Positions 13,862 to 23,764 of a stretch of 33,137 bases of DNA are shown piece after piece (position 1 is the first letter of the stretch; every line of letters begins with the position of its first letter). The stretch is from a virus (lineage: Duplodnaviria; Caudoviricetes). The DNA is taken from positions 1 to 33,137 of IMG/VR virus record IMGVR_UViG_3300049009_000318; one strand, written 5' to 3'. Both the position numbers and the translations under genes were made by a program. The notes beneath the pieces were generated by a model that did no database searches, was not told where the DNA came from, and was given only the letters and a program-made list of their open reading frames with translations.

Positions 13862-16738
13862 TTAGTCAGGTTTGTAATAGAGGCCGTTGGCTTTGCGCAG
13901 CTCTTTGAGCTCATCGATCTTGGCTTGCAAAGTCGGGGTCTCTACCTTCAGTTGTTGCTTGGCAGCGTCCATGAATTTGGAATGCACGCGCTGCACGGTC
14001 TTTTGCTGATCGTCCAGCGAAAGCAGGTCAAAGCCTGGGGTCTGCATGATGTTCAAGAGCTCTTGCTTGGCTGGCAGCTCCTTGCCGTAGATGGTCAGCA
14101 GCCGGTTGTATTGGGTTGCATCCATCTCGATACCGTCGATCTTGCGCTCGGGCATGCCAATGGGTGAGCCCATGCGCACCAGCATGTCATCCACCTCAGA
14201 GAACTGCTGCGGTGTCACGCGGGTGGGCAGCACCAGCTCGTAGGCTGCGCCGGTGCCTGACTTGGTCGGCTCGCCCCACAGGTTGAGCGCTTCAGGCAGG
14301 TCGGCGCTGAAGTAGGGCAGCCGTGACTTGTACTTGTTGAAGGCCTCCACAAAGCCACGCACACCCATGGGCAGCTCTGGGCTGGCGCGGGTGTCCCGGT
14401 TGGTGGGATCGGACAAGCGCTCGATGCCAGCCAGCAGCGAGCTGTAGGCACCGGCAGGCGAGCCGCCAATGACAAAGCCACCAAACTGCTTGACCAGGCC
14501 GTCCACAATTTTCTTGCCATCCACCTGGCCCTGCTGGTTGGTTCCGATCAGCTTGGCCACATCGGCCACGCCTTGCAGGTATGGCTGCTCTTTGAGGTAT
14601 TCGTACAAGCCATAGGTGCCGCCCAGGAAGACCTCTTCGATCTTGCTGGCATCGGTCTCATGCTTGGCGTACTCGGCATAGTCGGCAGCGATGGCCATCA
14701 GCGCAGAGACCGGCTCCATGCCGCTGTAGCTGTAGTACTTGTCGCCCACTTTGATGGAGTAGGGCTGCCAGCCGTCGCGGATTAGCGCATCGCGGTCGGC
14801 CTTGCGCTCTGGGCCGCGCCCGGTGATGTTGCCCTCGGCGGCCAAGGCGGCAAAGGTGGCCAGAACGGCAGATCCCAGCGTCACCTTGGCCAATGCCATG
14901 TCTCTGAACACACCACCCTTGGCGATCTCCTCGCGCCACTGTGATGACAGCGGGGCGAACGGTGTGCGCTCAATGACCTGCAAACCAATGTTGGCCGGGG
15001 TCTTGAAGAACGGCACCACAACCTTGAGGGCAGGGTGGTTGAAGGTCTGCTGCAGACTTTTGAGCGCTGGCGGCAGCTCGGCAGTGAAGGTGCCCTTCTG
15101 GGCAAACAGCACAGCGGCCTCGTCCAGGTCGCGGGGCGGGTTCTGGAACAGGCTGACTGCCTCGGCCTCGGCCTTGGCCAGCGCGTCAGCTTCAGGCATG
15201 CCAGAGTCAAGCGCCTCACGGTAGACCGACTTGCTGCGCCGGGTGATCTGGGTGTTGAGCTCCATGCGGTAGAGCACGCCCTTGAAGAACTCGTCCTCAG
15301 ACATGAGCATTCTGCCGGGCAGGGTGACCGCTGTGCCGTAGTAGTCGATGGCCTTGCCCAGCCACTTGTCCTGCTCAATGCCAAAAGCAGCAGAGCTGAT
15401 GGATGGCAGGGTGGTGCCACGCTGCGCCTCGATCTTGCTCATCAGGTCGTTGGGCTGGTTCTTCTTGAACGCAGTGCTGGCCAGATCAAAGCCTTCGACC
15501 AGCCCGTTGCGCAGCGACTGAATCATGGTCAGCGCTTCGTCGTAGCCGATCTTCTCAGCCTCGCTGCCGGGAATCAGCGCCTTCCAAGAGCGCACACCGG
15601 GTGGCAGCACATTGCCATAGAAAGAGGCGATCACCCGCTCGGGGATTTGGTACAGGCCAAACATGGTGTTGGACACAATGTTCTTGGCGTGCGACACGGG
15701 GCTCGACAGCAACCCGTTGATGTAGGTAGTGAACCAGACATCCTTCACACCAGACATCATGGATTTTTCGACCAGGGCATTCTTGGCCGCACGCGACTCC
15801 AGCGTCAGGTAGGACTTGGCCATGTCCGACAGGGCGGCATCGCCACCGTACTCATCAATGACCTGGCGCACCACGGCTGCGTTGCCATCGCGGGGAATGC
15901 GGAACACGGCCAGCGATCTGGCGGTCTCGGTCTGGATACCCTTGACACCGCGCTGGATCAGGCCGTGGAAGGCGATCTGCTGGCGCAGCACCAGCTTGTC
16001 CACATCGGTGGCATTGCCGCTGTCTACCAGCTTGAACAGGCGATCCAGCTCGTTGGCGCTGGACTCCAGCACCTCCAGCGCTTTGTAGGTCTCGACCGCG
16101 TTGGCCATCATCTTGTTGTCGCTGCCAATCAGCCGGGACAGGAAGCCCTCGCTGATGCCAGACTCAGCGGCCTTGGCCTTGATCTCATCGAAGGTCACCG
16201 CCTTGGTCTTGATGTTCAGCGCGTCAGCCACGCCGCCCACAATGGCTGCGGCATCCTCGGTCTGGTAGCGCGACAGGTTGAACGGCTCAACCGGCACACC
16301 GGCTGCGGCCTCGGCAGTGGTAGGGCTGGGCTTGCCAATGTTGGGAGCTACAGCTTGCCGGGCCTTGACGGCAGCGCCGACCGTGTTTGTCAGCACTTGG
16401 TCAGCCTCTGGGATCAGCTTGAACCGGCCAGCCTTGGCTGCATCTGGCAGCTCGCCTGGCAGGGCACGGGCGGCATCTGGCACCAGATTGCGCTCGGCCT
16501 TGGTGGCTTGCCGGGTGATCAGCTTGCGCAGTGCGGCATCGACTGGGCCAGCAACCTGGATGCCTTCCTCCATGCTGGGGGTGCCGGTCTCGGCATCTAG
16601 CTGGGGCTCAGCCATCATGTCCTGGGCTGCGCCAGGCATGGGCTCCAGGGGGATCTGATCGGCGGGGGTGCTGGGCGCAGCGCTCGGCAGGATCTGACCT
16701 AGTCGTTGTTCAAGGGGTCGTTGTTCAATGGCCATCAT
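13862..16738 (-). CDS. Large internal virion (ejection) protein, 958 aa
   Basis: Sits in the T7 gp16 slot before the tail fibre. Helical, with PFFKTPANI and GWQPYSIKVG motifs typical of large phage ejection/polyvalent proteins. Confidence 0.75.
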   Translation of the reverse strand: MMAIEQRPLEQRLGQILPSAAPSTPADQIPLEPMPGAAQDMMAEPQLDAETGTPSMEEGIQVAGPVDAALRKLITRQATKAERNLVPDAARALPGELPDAAKAGRFKLIPEADQVLTNTVGAAVKARQAVAPNIGKPSPTTAEAAAGVPVEPFNLSRYQTEDAAAIVGGVADALNIKTKAVTFDEIKAKAAESGISEGFLSRLIGSDNKMMANAVETYKALEVLESSANELDRLFKLVDSGNATDVDKLVLRQQIAFHGLIQRGVKGIQTETARSLAVFRIPRDGNAAVVRQVIDEYGGDAALSDMAKSYLTLESRAAKNALVEKSMMSGVKDVWFTTYINGLLSSPVSHAKNIVSNTMFGLYQIPERVIASFYGNVLPPGVRSWKALIPGSEAEKIGYDEALTMIQSLRNGLVEGFDLASTAFKKNQPNDLMSKIEAQRGTTLPSISSAAFGIEQDKWLGKAIDYYGTAVTLPGRMLMSEDEFFKGVLYRMELNTQITRRSKSVYREALDSGMPEADALAKAEAEAVSLFQNPPRDLDEAAVLFAQKGTFTAELPPALKSLQQTFNHPALKVVVPFFKTPANIGLQVIERTPFAPLSSQWREEIAKGGVFRDMALAKVTLGSAVLATFAALAAEGNITGRGPERKADRDALIRDGWQPYSIKVGDKYYSYSGMEPVSALMAIAADYAEYAKHETDASKIEEVFLGGTYGLYEYLKEQPYLQGVADVAKLIGTNQQGQVDGKKIVDGLVKQFGGFVIGGSPAGAYSSLLAGIERLSDPTNRDTRASPELPMGVRGFVEAFNKYKSRLPYFSADLPEALNLWGEPTKSGTGAAYELVLPTRVTPQQFSEVDDMLVRMGSPIGMPERKIDGIEMDATQYNRLLTIYGKELPAKQELLNIMQTPGFDLLSLDDQQKTVQRVHSKFMDAAKQQLKVETPTLQAKIDELKELRKANGLYYKPD

Positions 16739-18720
16739 TCAGCTCCAGACTGCAGAGCTTGACGGCCCTGTTTTAGGCGTTTCGGATTTCCGGTGGCAGG
16801 CTGGATTCCTCCAGCTCCGGTGGCACCCCTTCCGGGTATGCCAGCCCCAGGTAGTTCTCCCGTGTTACCGGCAGGTTGAACTGCTTGAGCAGATCCAGGA
16901 CGTAGTCCGGCTCCTTCCCACTCTGGAGGTCTGATTCCACCGGCATTTCTGAAGACTTCATTGCGTGCCTCCTCAAGGGACATTTTGCCTTTGCGATATT
17001 GTAACCAGATGCCATCGATCTGATCGACATTCTTGGCTTGGCTCTTGAAGGTGTCAGGATACAAGCCGCGCACTGCTTCCCAGGTGATCGATTGCATCTC
17101 GCGGGGCAGGATCCCGCGCTCTTGGGCAGCTCGGCGGTAGGCCTCGGCGTAGATGCCGTAGGTGCCCTGCACGCCCGTGATTGAGCTGTTCTTTGGGCCG
17201 ACCTCGCCCTTCATATTTGATCCAAAATTGTGTGCCACTTCACGGCTGTTGCCAGACAGTGGGCGCAGCAGGCCAGCAGCCACCGCATGGGTGTCGATGG
17301 TCACTGGGCCTGCCGGATCATTGGGCGCATAGATGTTGCTGTAGAAGTTGCGCACCTTGTGCTGTTGGCCAAGGTTGGTGCTGATCGTTTCAATGCGCGG
17401 GTCTTCCAAGATGACGATGGCTTTGCCGATCTCATTGAGCGATCCCCAGCCGGTTTGTGTTGGGGTCTTGCCGTCTTGGTTCATGCGCACGCCAACGAAG
17501 TCACCCTCTGGGCTGACGATCTGGTGCTCGCGTGGGTTCTTTGCTTGGTCGTAGGTTCGCAGCCACATGGCTTTGAGGCCTGGCTCCTTGACCTCGGCCA
17601 GGGTCTTGCCCCGAATGGCATTGACCATCGGCGCGTATTTGGGGTCGCCAAAGATGGTCTTGGCAATCACGTCCATGCTGGAATCCCAGCGGGTGGATTG
17701 CTGCTTGGTTGCAATGTCGAGGACGCGCTGGCCCAGCGACACATTCATGAACCAGTCCTTCTGCGGCGAGAGTACGGCCAACACGCCAGAAACCGCCTGA
17801 TCAGGCACACCGTAGTCCACAGAGAAACGGTCGGTGATGTTGCGTGCGCCGTCATACCAGAGCTTGCTGCGCTGGCGCGTAGCTTCTGGCACTTGATCGT
17901 GCAGAAACAGCAGGTTGTTCTTCACCTCGGTGATGAAGTCTTCTGCTTGTTTGTCAGGGTTGCGAGCCTTGCTGGCAAAGTTGGGGTACTGACGAATCAG
18001 CCCCATGTTGTGCGCAAAGGCTTCTGGGTCTTGCTTGACGGCCTGGAGGTCGATCACCAGCCTGCTGGTCAGCGGATCCTCGGTTTTCTTCACTGCGGTC
18101 GGCAGGCGAGTGCTGACCAAGTTGGGGCCGGGCGGGGCTCCAGTTGGGATCCCGTCAACAGCTTGGATACTCAGGCCAACAGGCAAATTCTTTGGAAGTA
18201 CTTTTGCAGCCTTCACAGTGCCGACAGCGCCAGGGATCATGCCCAGCGCAGCGCCGCCAGCTTGCAGAGCAGCGGCGCCATAGTTGCCTTGCTTGGCAGA
18301 CTCAACAGCCTCGCCACCCATGATGGCGGCTTCCTCTGTCTGCATGGTGGTGCCCAGGAACGGCACAAAGTCAGCCAAGCCGATGTTCAATGGCAGGTTG
18401 CTACTGCCGCCACCAATCAGCGTCTGAGCGTTTTGACGGGCCTTGTAACGATCCATGCCCAAGCCTTCAAAGCTGGACTGCAACAGGCCAGCCAGACGCT
18501 CGCGCACGGTCGGATCGTAGGGCTTGATGGTGTCAGGGTAGCGGCCACTGTAGGCTTGATCAGGAAGACCACGCGACCCAGCCTCGGCCAGCAAGATGTC
18601 TCCCGGCTGCTGGCCTGGTGCCATCTCTTGAGGTGCTGCCATGTCGGCAACCGGTGCGTCTGGGAATTGGACAGCGGTCAAGGCCGACAGGTACTTGTCC
18701 TCGATTTGGCTGTAGGCCAT
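16735..18720 (-). CDS. Putative internal virion protein with HhH-GPD glycosylase-like domain (661 aa)
   Basis: Lies among the ejection genes. Motifs WYDGA, AVLSPQKDWFMNV, LGQQHKVRNFYSNI, PAGPVTIDTHA and Y.EAYRRAA..RGILPREMQSITW. Confidence 0.65.
   Translation of the reverse strand: MAYSQIEDKYLSALTAVQFPDAPVADMAAPQEMAPGQQPGDILLAEAGSRGLPDQAYSGRYPDTIKPYDPTVRERLAGLLQSSFEGLGMDRYKARQNAQTLIGGGSSNLPLNIGLADFVPFLGTTMQTEEAAIMGGEAVESAKQGNYGAAALQAGGAALGMIPGAVGTVKAAKVLPKNLPVGLSIQAVDGIPTGAPPGPNLVSTRLPTAVKKTEDPLTSRLVIDLQAVKQDPEAFAHNMGLIRQYPNFASKARNPDKQAEDFITEVKNNLLFLHDQVPEATRQRSKLWYDGARNITDRFSVDYGVPDQAVSGVLAVLSPQKDWFMNVSLGQRVLDIATKQQSTRWDSSMDVIAKTIFGDPKYAPMVNAIRGKTLAEVKEPGLKAMWLRTYDQAKNPREHQIVSPEGDFVGVRMNQDGKTPTQTGWGSLNEIGKAIVILEDPRIETISTNLGQQHKVRNFYSNIYAPNDPAGPVTIDTHAVAAGLLRPLSGNSREVAHNFGSNMKGEVGPKNSSITGVQGTYGIYAEAYRRAAQERGILPREMQSITWEAVRGLYPDTFKSQAKNVDQIDGIWLQYRKGKMSLEEARNEVFRNAGGIRPPEWEGAGLRPGSAQAVQPAGNTGELPGAGIPGRGATGAGGIQPATGNPKRLKQGRQALQSGAE
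16773..16961 (-). CDS. Nested small acidic protein (62 aa) in an alternative frame
   Basis: GAGGAGG 6 nt before ATG 16961; MKSSEMPVESDLQSGKEPDYVLDLLKQFNLPVTRENYLGLAYPEGVPPELEESSLPPEIRNA. The overlapping host frame is low-complexity here. Confidence 0.7.
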   Translation of the reverse strand: MKSSEMPVESDLQSGKEPDYVLDLLKQFNLPVTRENYLGLAYPEGVPPELEESSLPPEIRNA

Positions 18721-20480
18721 TACTGATCCCCTTCTGCTTGCTTGAGAAGCTGTTTGATGCGATTGAGCTCTTGCTGTCGCTTCTTGTCGTTGCCTGCTTT
18801 GTGCTCAAGAGCTGGCAGTGTGTCGCGGGTGATGGGCCCGTTGATCCACTCTTGTTTTTCAAACACCTTCAAGGAAGTCTGCGCAGCCTTGGCGGTCTCG
18901 GTGTTGCGGCGCTTGGCGATATTGTCCTCAAGCTGGGTCAGGATCTGGCGGGGTGTCAGCGTCTTGCCGTCAGCGGCTGCCGCTGATTGGATCTGCAGCG
19001 CCTCAGCTTGCAACTGGGTGCGGCGCTTGAACTCCTCGCCCTTTGGGTCAATGACCACTACGCTGCCGGGGATCACAGGGATGCCTGATAGCTGGGAGAT
19101 GCCGCGATCAAGCTGAGAGCTGTCACGCCGGTCTTCGCTCTGCAAGAGCTTGAGCGCGGTCACAGCGTCCTTGCCGGTGATGCCTTTGCCGACCAGCGAC
19201 CAGATCTGCTTGGGGTCGGTGATCGTGTTGTTGTAAATTCCAGACAGCAGGTTGAAGTTGACGGCAGCGTTTCCTTCTTTGCTTGGTTCCAGTAAGTCTT
19301 TGAGCGTGCCAATAGGCACCGAGCCTTCGGGCAGGGCGGTGAGCTGGCCAATGAGTTGCTTCCTCTTTGGGCTGCCTTCTGGCAAAGGGAAGATCTGCTC
19401 CAGCAGGTTGATGGCCTCGGCCTCACCCTGCTTCTTGATCTCTGCAGACTTGGCATCTGTGATCGACTTTCGATTGTTGACGGCCACCATGTAGTTGGCA
19501 GTCACCTTGGCCACGGCATCAAAGTCGTTGGTGATCAAGTCTTTGAGCACCGGGCTCATGTTGCCCAGATCTCCGCTTCTGAGCTTTTGCAAGGTGCGCT
19601 CTGGATCGACCATGTTCTCATCAGCCATCAAAGCCTTGGTCACAGAGTTGATCTTGGCGGTGCGCAGCGCCGCCTCAAACTTGGTGCTGTACTGGATCTG
19701 CAGCGCCTTGTCGCCCAGCAGCAGAGACTGGGTCAGCACGTTTTTGCGGAACACATCGGCGAGCTCGTCGATGGATCGCTGCTGGCCATTGGAGTCAGTC
19801 CAACTGCCCTGTGATACCGTGGCCTCCAGCAGCCTGGTGCTGCTGTCAAAGTCCGAGTCGAACTTGGCGATGCGCTGCGCCTTGGCCCGGTCAAGCTCGG
19901 CCTTGTAGGCGGCATTGAGCACGGTGTTGCCATGCGTGGCCATGGTTGCGCGGAACTTGATCGAGGCCTCTGGGTCGATATTGGCCAGCGACTTTGAAAA
20001 GCCATCCGACATGGTCTTAATCTTGGCGCTGACCTGCTCGGAGGTGGTGCTGCCAGCCTCCACATCAGCCAATAACTTCACCAGCTCGTTGCGGCCTTCA
20101 ATCTCAAAGTGGCCAGACAGCTCCAGGCTGCGAGCCTTGGCCACCGCTTGGTCAAAGAAATTGGGCGAGCTGGTGCTGACAGATGACATGTCACCACGGC
20201 CACCAAAACCCCAAGGCACGCCATCTTTGGCCATCTGCAATTGCTCGGGTGTCAGCGGGTTCTGCGCAGCAAACTGCAAACCCTCTTGCTGGCGCATGAC
20301 ACCGGCAGTCTGGAAAGCGCTGGCGCTCATGCGGTCTAGGATCTGCGCCAACTGGCCAGCACCTTGCGCAGCCACACGCGGCCCAATGTAGTCCACCTGC
20401 TGTTGCTGGGCTTGCACCATGGGCACGCCGCCAGCGGAACGCAGTTGCATCTGACCTGATTCAATTCTTTGTGTGGCCAT
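18720..20480 (-). CDS. Internal virion protein (T7 gp15 position), 586 aa
   Basis: Helical, Gln/Ala-rich; synteny. Confidence 0.7.
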   Translation of the reverse strand: MATQRIESGQMQLRSAGGVPMVQAQQQQVDYIGPRVAAQGAGQLAQILDRMSASAFQTAGVMRQQEGLQFAAQNPLTPEQLQMAKDGVPWGFGGRGDMSSVSTSSPNFFDQAVAKARSLELSGHFEIEGRNELVKLLADVEAGSTTSEQVSAKIKTMSDGFSKSLANIDPEASIKFRATMATHGNTVLNAAYKAELDRAKAQRIAKFDSDFDSSTRLLEATVSQGSWTDSNGQQRSIDELADVFRKNVLTQSLLLGDKALQIQYSTKFEAALRTAKINSVTKALMADENMVDPERTLQKLRSGDLGNMSPVLKDLITNDFDAVAKVTANYMVAVNNRKSITDAKSAEIKKQGEAEAINLLEQIFPLPEGSPKRKQLIGQLTALPEGSVPIGTLKDLLEPSKEGNAAVNFNLLSGIYNNTITDPKQIWSLVGKGITGKDAVTALKLLQSEDRRDSSQLDRGISQLSGIPVIPGSVVVIDPKGEEFKRRTQLQAEALQIQSAAAADGKTLTPRQILTQLEDNIAKRRNTETAKAAQTSLKVFEKQEWINGPITRDTLPALEHKAGNDKKRQQELNRIKQLLKQAEGDQ

Positions 20481-20482
20481 GC

Positions 20483-21076
20483 TTATCTCACCTTCAAGTA
20501 ATCAACACCGGCCTTGGCCAGTGTTGCATTGGCAAGGATGCCACCAGCCCTGCGAGCTGCAGTGCCAGCAAACTCCCCCTGGGCAGCTTGGCTGCGGGCG
20601 CTGTACAAGTTGAGTGTGTTTTGGTAGTCGGTGGATTGCAGCATGGCGCTGGCATCTTCAAAGCCCAGCACCCGCGCAGTCAGCGCATTCAGATCGGCGA
20701 TGCCAACATCGCGCATGGTTGCGGCCACGTTCTCGCGCTGCACGGCCTGGACAGATCCCTCACCCAGCACCACACCGCTTGCAGCAGCTCTTGCGCGAAC
20801 AGCAGCATTGGTGGCACGCATGCTCTTGAGCAGGGTGTTGCCAGCGATGGTGTAGTTCTGCGCCTCGATCTCGGCCTTTTTGATGGTGCGACCAGCCTGG
20901 ATCGTGGCGTACTGTTCGGCCATGTCGGCACGCACCTCGGCCACCGCCAGGGTATCTCTAGCCTGCAACATGTAGCCTGTCTGCTGATTGATCGCAGCAG
21001 CTTGCTGGGCCTGGGATTCACCATAGGCACCAATGAGGCCTGCTATGCCAACCGTTTGTCCAGTTGTGAGTGCCAT
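20483..21076 (-). CDS. Internal virion protein (T7 gp14-like), 197 aa
   Basis: Ala/Gln-rich, ARAAASGVVLGEGS motif; follows tail tubular B. Confidence 0.72.
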   Translation of the reverse strand: MALTTGQTVGIAGLIGAYGESQAQQAAAINQQTGYMLQARDTLAVAEVRADMAEQYATIQAGRTIKKAEIEAQNYTIAGNTLLKSMRATNAAVRARAAASGVVLGEGSVQAVQRENVAATMRDVGIADLNALTARVLGFEDASAMLQSTDYQNTLNLYSARSQAAQGEFAGTAARRAGGILANATLAKAGVDYLKVR

Positions 21077-21077
21077 G

Positions 21078-23078
21078 TTATGTTCCTGAGAAAACCGCCA
21101 CGCGGTAGTCCAAACCCAGCAGGTTCATCTTGACGGGCAAGTCTTGCGACACCTCGATGAACTGCTCGCGGCTGTAGCCGAGCACGCCGTTGACCCGCTT
21201 GATGCCGGTGAATTCTGGCAGCGGTTCATCCAGCAACGGGTTATCAAAAATCCTAAACGCAACCGGCTGGTTGTTGATGATCATGTTCTGGGTCTCGTTG
21301 ACAACAGCGCTGATTTCCACAATGCGCTTCTTGAACGACACCCGGCTGCCGGTCTGCAGCTTGACCTCGGCAGGCATGGTCTTGATGTAGACGTTGATGG
21401 GCAGCCCGACCTCATAGCTGGTGGTGCTGGCGCGATCAAACGTCACCGAGCCACCACCGCTCACAGTTTCGTTGCTTTGCGGTGACCCATCGGTAATCAC
21501 GTTCAGCGCCTTGGCCACATGGGGCAGGCCGCTGGCGCTGGCTGCAGCACCGCCGACAAACGCACAGTCGGTGAAATAGGCGTAGTCAAACAGCTCGATG
21601 AAGTACCTGTTGACACCATTGAAGCTGCGCCATGTCACCACATAGATCGCGTTGACATCCACGCCGACATCGATGAAAAAGCCGTCAGTGGTGAATTCAG
21701 ACGGGCTTGTTACCTGCTGGCTGCGCATGATGCTGAACACCGCCATGCTGCCGTCATCGGTGTTGGTCATCAGCAGCAGGTCGGCTTCCTCGGTGCTCGA
21801 TGCTTTGCGCAAAGCCACGCGCTGCGGCCCCTTGAGCAGGTGGCCAGACAGCAGCGAGATCCGCTGGGTGATGTAGGTGAGCTGGGTGTCAGAGAACACA
21901 AACTCGTTGAGAGACTTGCCTTGACGCTGGATGTAGATCGATCCAGACTCAACCGATTGCACGCGGGTGCCAGGCTTGATGCCGTTGCGGCTAACGTTCT
22001 TGAATGTGAATGTCAGCGGGGTGACTGGATCTGTGCCCTGCTGCGGAACGTAGAACTCGCCGCCAGTAGTGAACACTTGGAAGTCACGCGAGCTGATGAT
22101 GTCTGTGATCACGTTCAGATCGTTGGTGTCTAGCGTCGCCTCGACCGCATCGTCATCCAGCGACTCGCTGGGAACAAAGTCAAAGAACAGGCCGATCTTT
22201 GAGCCCCAAACCGTAGATGGCCGTGACTTGCTGCCGCCAAAGTACAAGCGGCCCTCATGGAAGGTGACCGTGCGCGGCCAGCCCTTGCCAGAGCTCCACA
22301 CATCCACATAGCCGCTCTCGATCTCCCAGTTGCCCTGGGCGATGTTGCTGGTGTCAAAGAACGGGTATTCGGTGATTGCCTTGACCTTGGTATTGCTGAC
22401 GTACTCGACAATGCGAGCTCTGCCTTGTGGGGTGGCGTTGATATATTGACCAACACTTGCCGCAGAGAATGCCGAGTTTTGCGAGGTCAGCTCTACATTG
22501 CCGGACACAGCGCTGGGTGTCAGATGGCCAGCACCCAGCGTTGTCGAGCTGGTGATGGTCATTGTGTAGGCGTACTGCGGAATGCTGTCGAATGTGATGG
22601 TGGTGGCTGTCCAGGCCGTATCGCTGGTGCGTGTAATACGCACCGGCTGTAGGTCAGGATGCACCACGATTAATGTGTCGGCAGACTGAGTCCAGCACAT
22701 GTCGTCCACCATGTCGCTGCTGATGGTGGTGGTCAGGTAGCTGTTGCCGGTGCCGTTGATGTTGGCCACTACCGCGCCGTTCTTGACAACGTGCATGCGG
22801 TTGTGGGTGAAGCACAGCATGTAGCTGTCAGACACCGAGAACTGGAAGGGCACCAGCCGCACACCGTTGGCCGCGTTGGATGCGCCAGCAGATGCGTTGG
22901 GAAGCTCAAAGATGTGCTTGGTGCCTGGCCTGCGGCGCAGTCCACCCTGGGGCTGGATCAGCACGTTGGTGGCCTTGGCCAATGCGTTGTTGTAGGCCTG
23001 CAGGTCAACCCGCGCACGCAGCAAAGGGTCGAGCTCGCCCGTTGCAAAGTTGGTGGTGAACTCTACGAAGCGTGGCAT
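21078..23078 (-). CDS. Tail tubular protein B / nozzle (T7 gp12-like)
   Basis: NFATGELDP.L.AR.D, PQGGL.RRPGT, TQSADTL and GWP..V.FHEGRL.FGG motifs. Confidence 0.88.
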   Translation of the reverse strand: MPRFVEFTTNFATGELDPLLRARVDLQAYNNALAKATNVLIQPQGGLRRRPGTKHIFELPNASAGASNAANGVRLVPFQFSVSDSYMLCFTHNRMHVVKNGAVVANINGTGNSYLTTTISSDMVDDMCWTQSADTLIVVHPDLQPVRITRTSDTAWTATTITFDSIPQYAYTMTITSSTTLGAGHLTPSAVSGNVELTSQNSAFSAASVGQYINATPQGRARIVEYVSNTKVKAITEYPFFDTSNIAQGNWEIESGYVDVWSSGKGWPRTVTFHEGRLYFGGSKSRPSTVWGSKIGLFFDFVPSESLDDDAVEATLDTNDLNVITDIISSRDFQVFTTGGEFYVPQQGTDPVTPLTFTFKNVSRNGIKPGTRVQSVESGSIYIQRQGKSLNEFVFSDTQLTYITQRISLLSGHLLKGPQRVALRKASSTEEADLLLMTNTDDGSMAVFSIMRSQQVTSPSEFTTDGFFIDVGVDVNAIYVVTWRSFNGVNRYFIELFDYAYFTDCAFVGGAAASASGLPHVAKALNVITDGSPQSNETVSGGGSVTFDRASTTSYEVGLPINVYIKTMPAEVKLQTGSRVSFKKRIVEISAVVNETQNMIINNQPVAFRIFDNPLLDEPLPEFTGIKRVNGVLGYSREQFIEVSQDLPVKMNLLGLDYRVAVFSGT

Positions 23079-23692
23079 CAGTTTCTCACTGCGATTAGGC
23101 TGTAGTCTTCGATGACTCTGACAGGATTGTTCTGGCCATCGATCTGCATGGCGGTGCGCATATAGCCACCACGGCCATTCTCAGAGATGTCGCCAGTGGC
23201 CACGCGCTGCCATTTGGCAGACTTGTCTTGCTGTTCTGTGATGGTCTCAGCGATATGCCAAGCCACCATGTACTTCAGCAATTGCACAAAGTACTGGGGC
23301 ATTGCGTACTCAGGCACGCTGAACTGGTAGTCAATGAAGACGCTGGTCAGGTTGGTGAGCAGCTTGTCGCCTTGGATCTCCCAGTCTTTTTGTACCGGGC
23401 TGCCAGGGTTGGCGCTGTTGTACACAGCACGCGGGTTGGCCAGCTTGTCGCCAGGTAGTTGGTACTCGTAGCGCCAGACGCTTGTTGGGGTGGTGATGAG
23501 CTGTGCGAGCTGCACCTTCTTCATGCCAAAGCTCCACGGGTACATGACCAGCGTGGAGTCGCGGATGTCGGGATAGAGCCGGTCGCAAACGCTTGACTCG
23601 TCGGTGCCGTCGTTAAAAGACGAAATTGCCTTGGCCCCAATCAGGAGCAAGGCATCAGAGCAGATCGATACACCAGTGTCGCCAGCGGCCAT
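23078..23692 (-). CDS. Tail tubular protein A / adaptor (T7 gp11-like)
   Basis: ICSDALLLIGA..I, YP..RD..L..YPWSF and Y.YQLP.D motifs. Confidence 0.88.
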   Translation of the reverse strand: MAAGDTGVSICSDALLLIGAKAISSFNDGTDESSVCDRLYPDIRDSTLVMYPWSFGMKKVQLAQLITTPTSVWRYEYQLPGDKLANPRAVYNSANPGSPVQKDWEIQGDKLLTNLTSVFIDYQFSVPEYAMPQYFVQLLKYMVAWHIAETITEQQDKSAKWQRVATGDISENGRGGYMRTAMQIDGQNNPVRVIEDYSLIAVRN

Positions 23693-23709
23693 TTGAACCT
23701 CTCAATGTG

Positions 23710-23746
23710 AGAAGGGCCAACCTCCGCTGATGGCAGAAGTTGGCCC
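23710..23746 (-). terminator. Stem-loop after the capsid operon (probable leaky terminator)
   Basis: GGGCCAACTTCTGC-CATCA-GCGGAGGTTGGCCC followed by TTCTC on the minus strand; mismatches are G-U pairs on this strand. Confidence 0.6.
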
Positions 23747-23764
23747 GGTTGCAGCAAACCCGAT

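Noticed and set aside
13829-13885. Possible promoter (TACAAT at 13851-13856) before the tail fibre
   Set aside because: The -10 is good but there is no convincing -35 or extended -10; too weak to call.
15035-18726. Long plus-strand ORFs (521 aa at 15035-16600, 498 aa at 17230-18726)
   Set aside because: Antisense shadows of GC-rich minus-strand genes, with no recognisable motifs.
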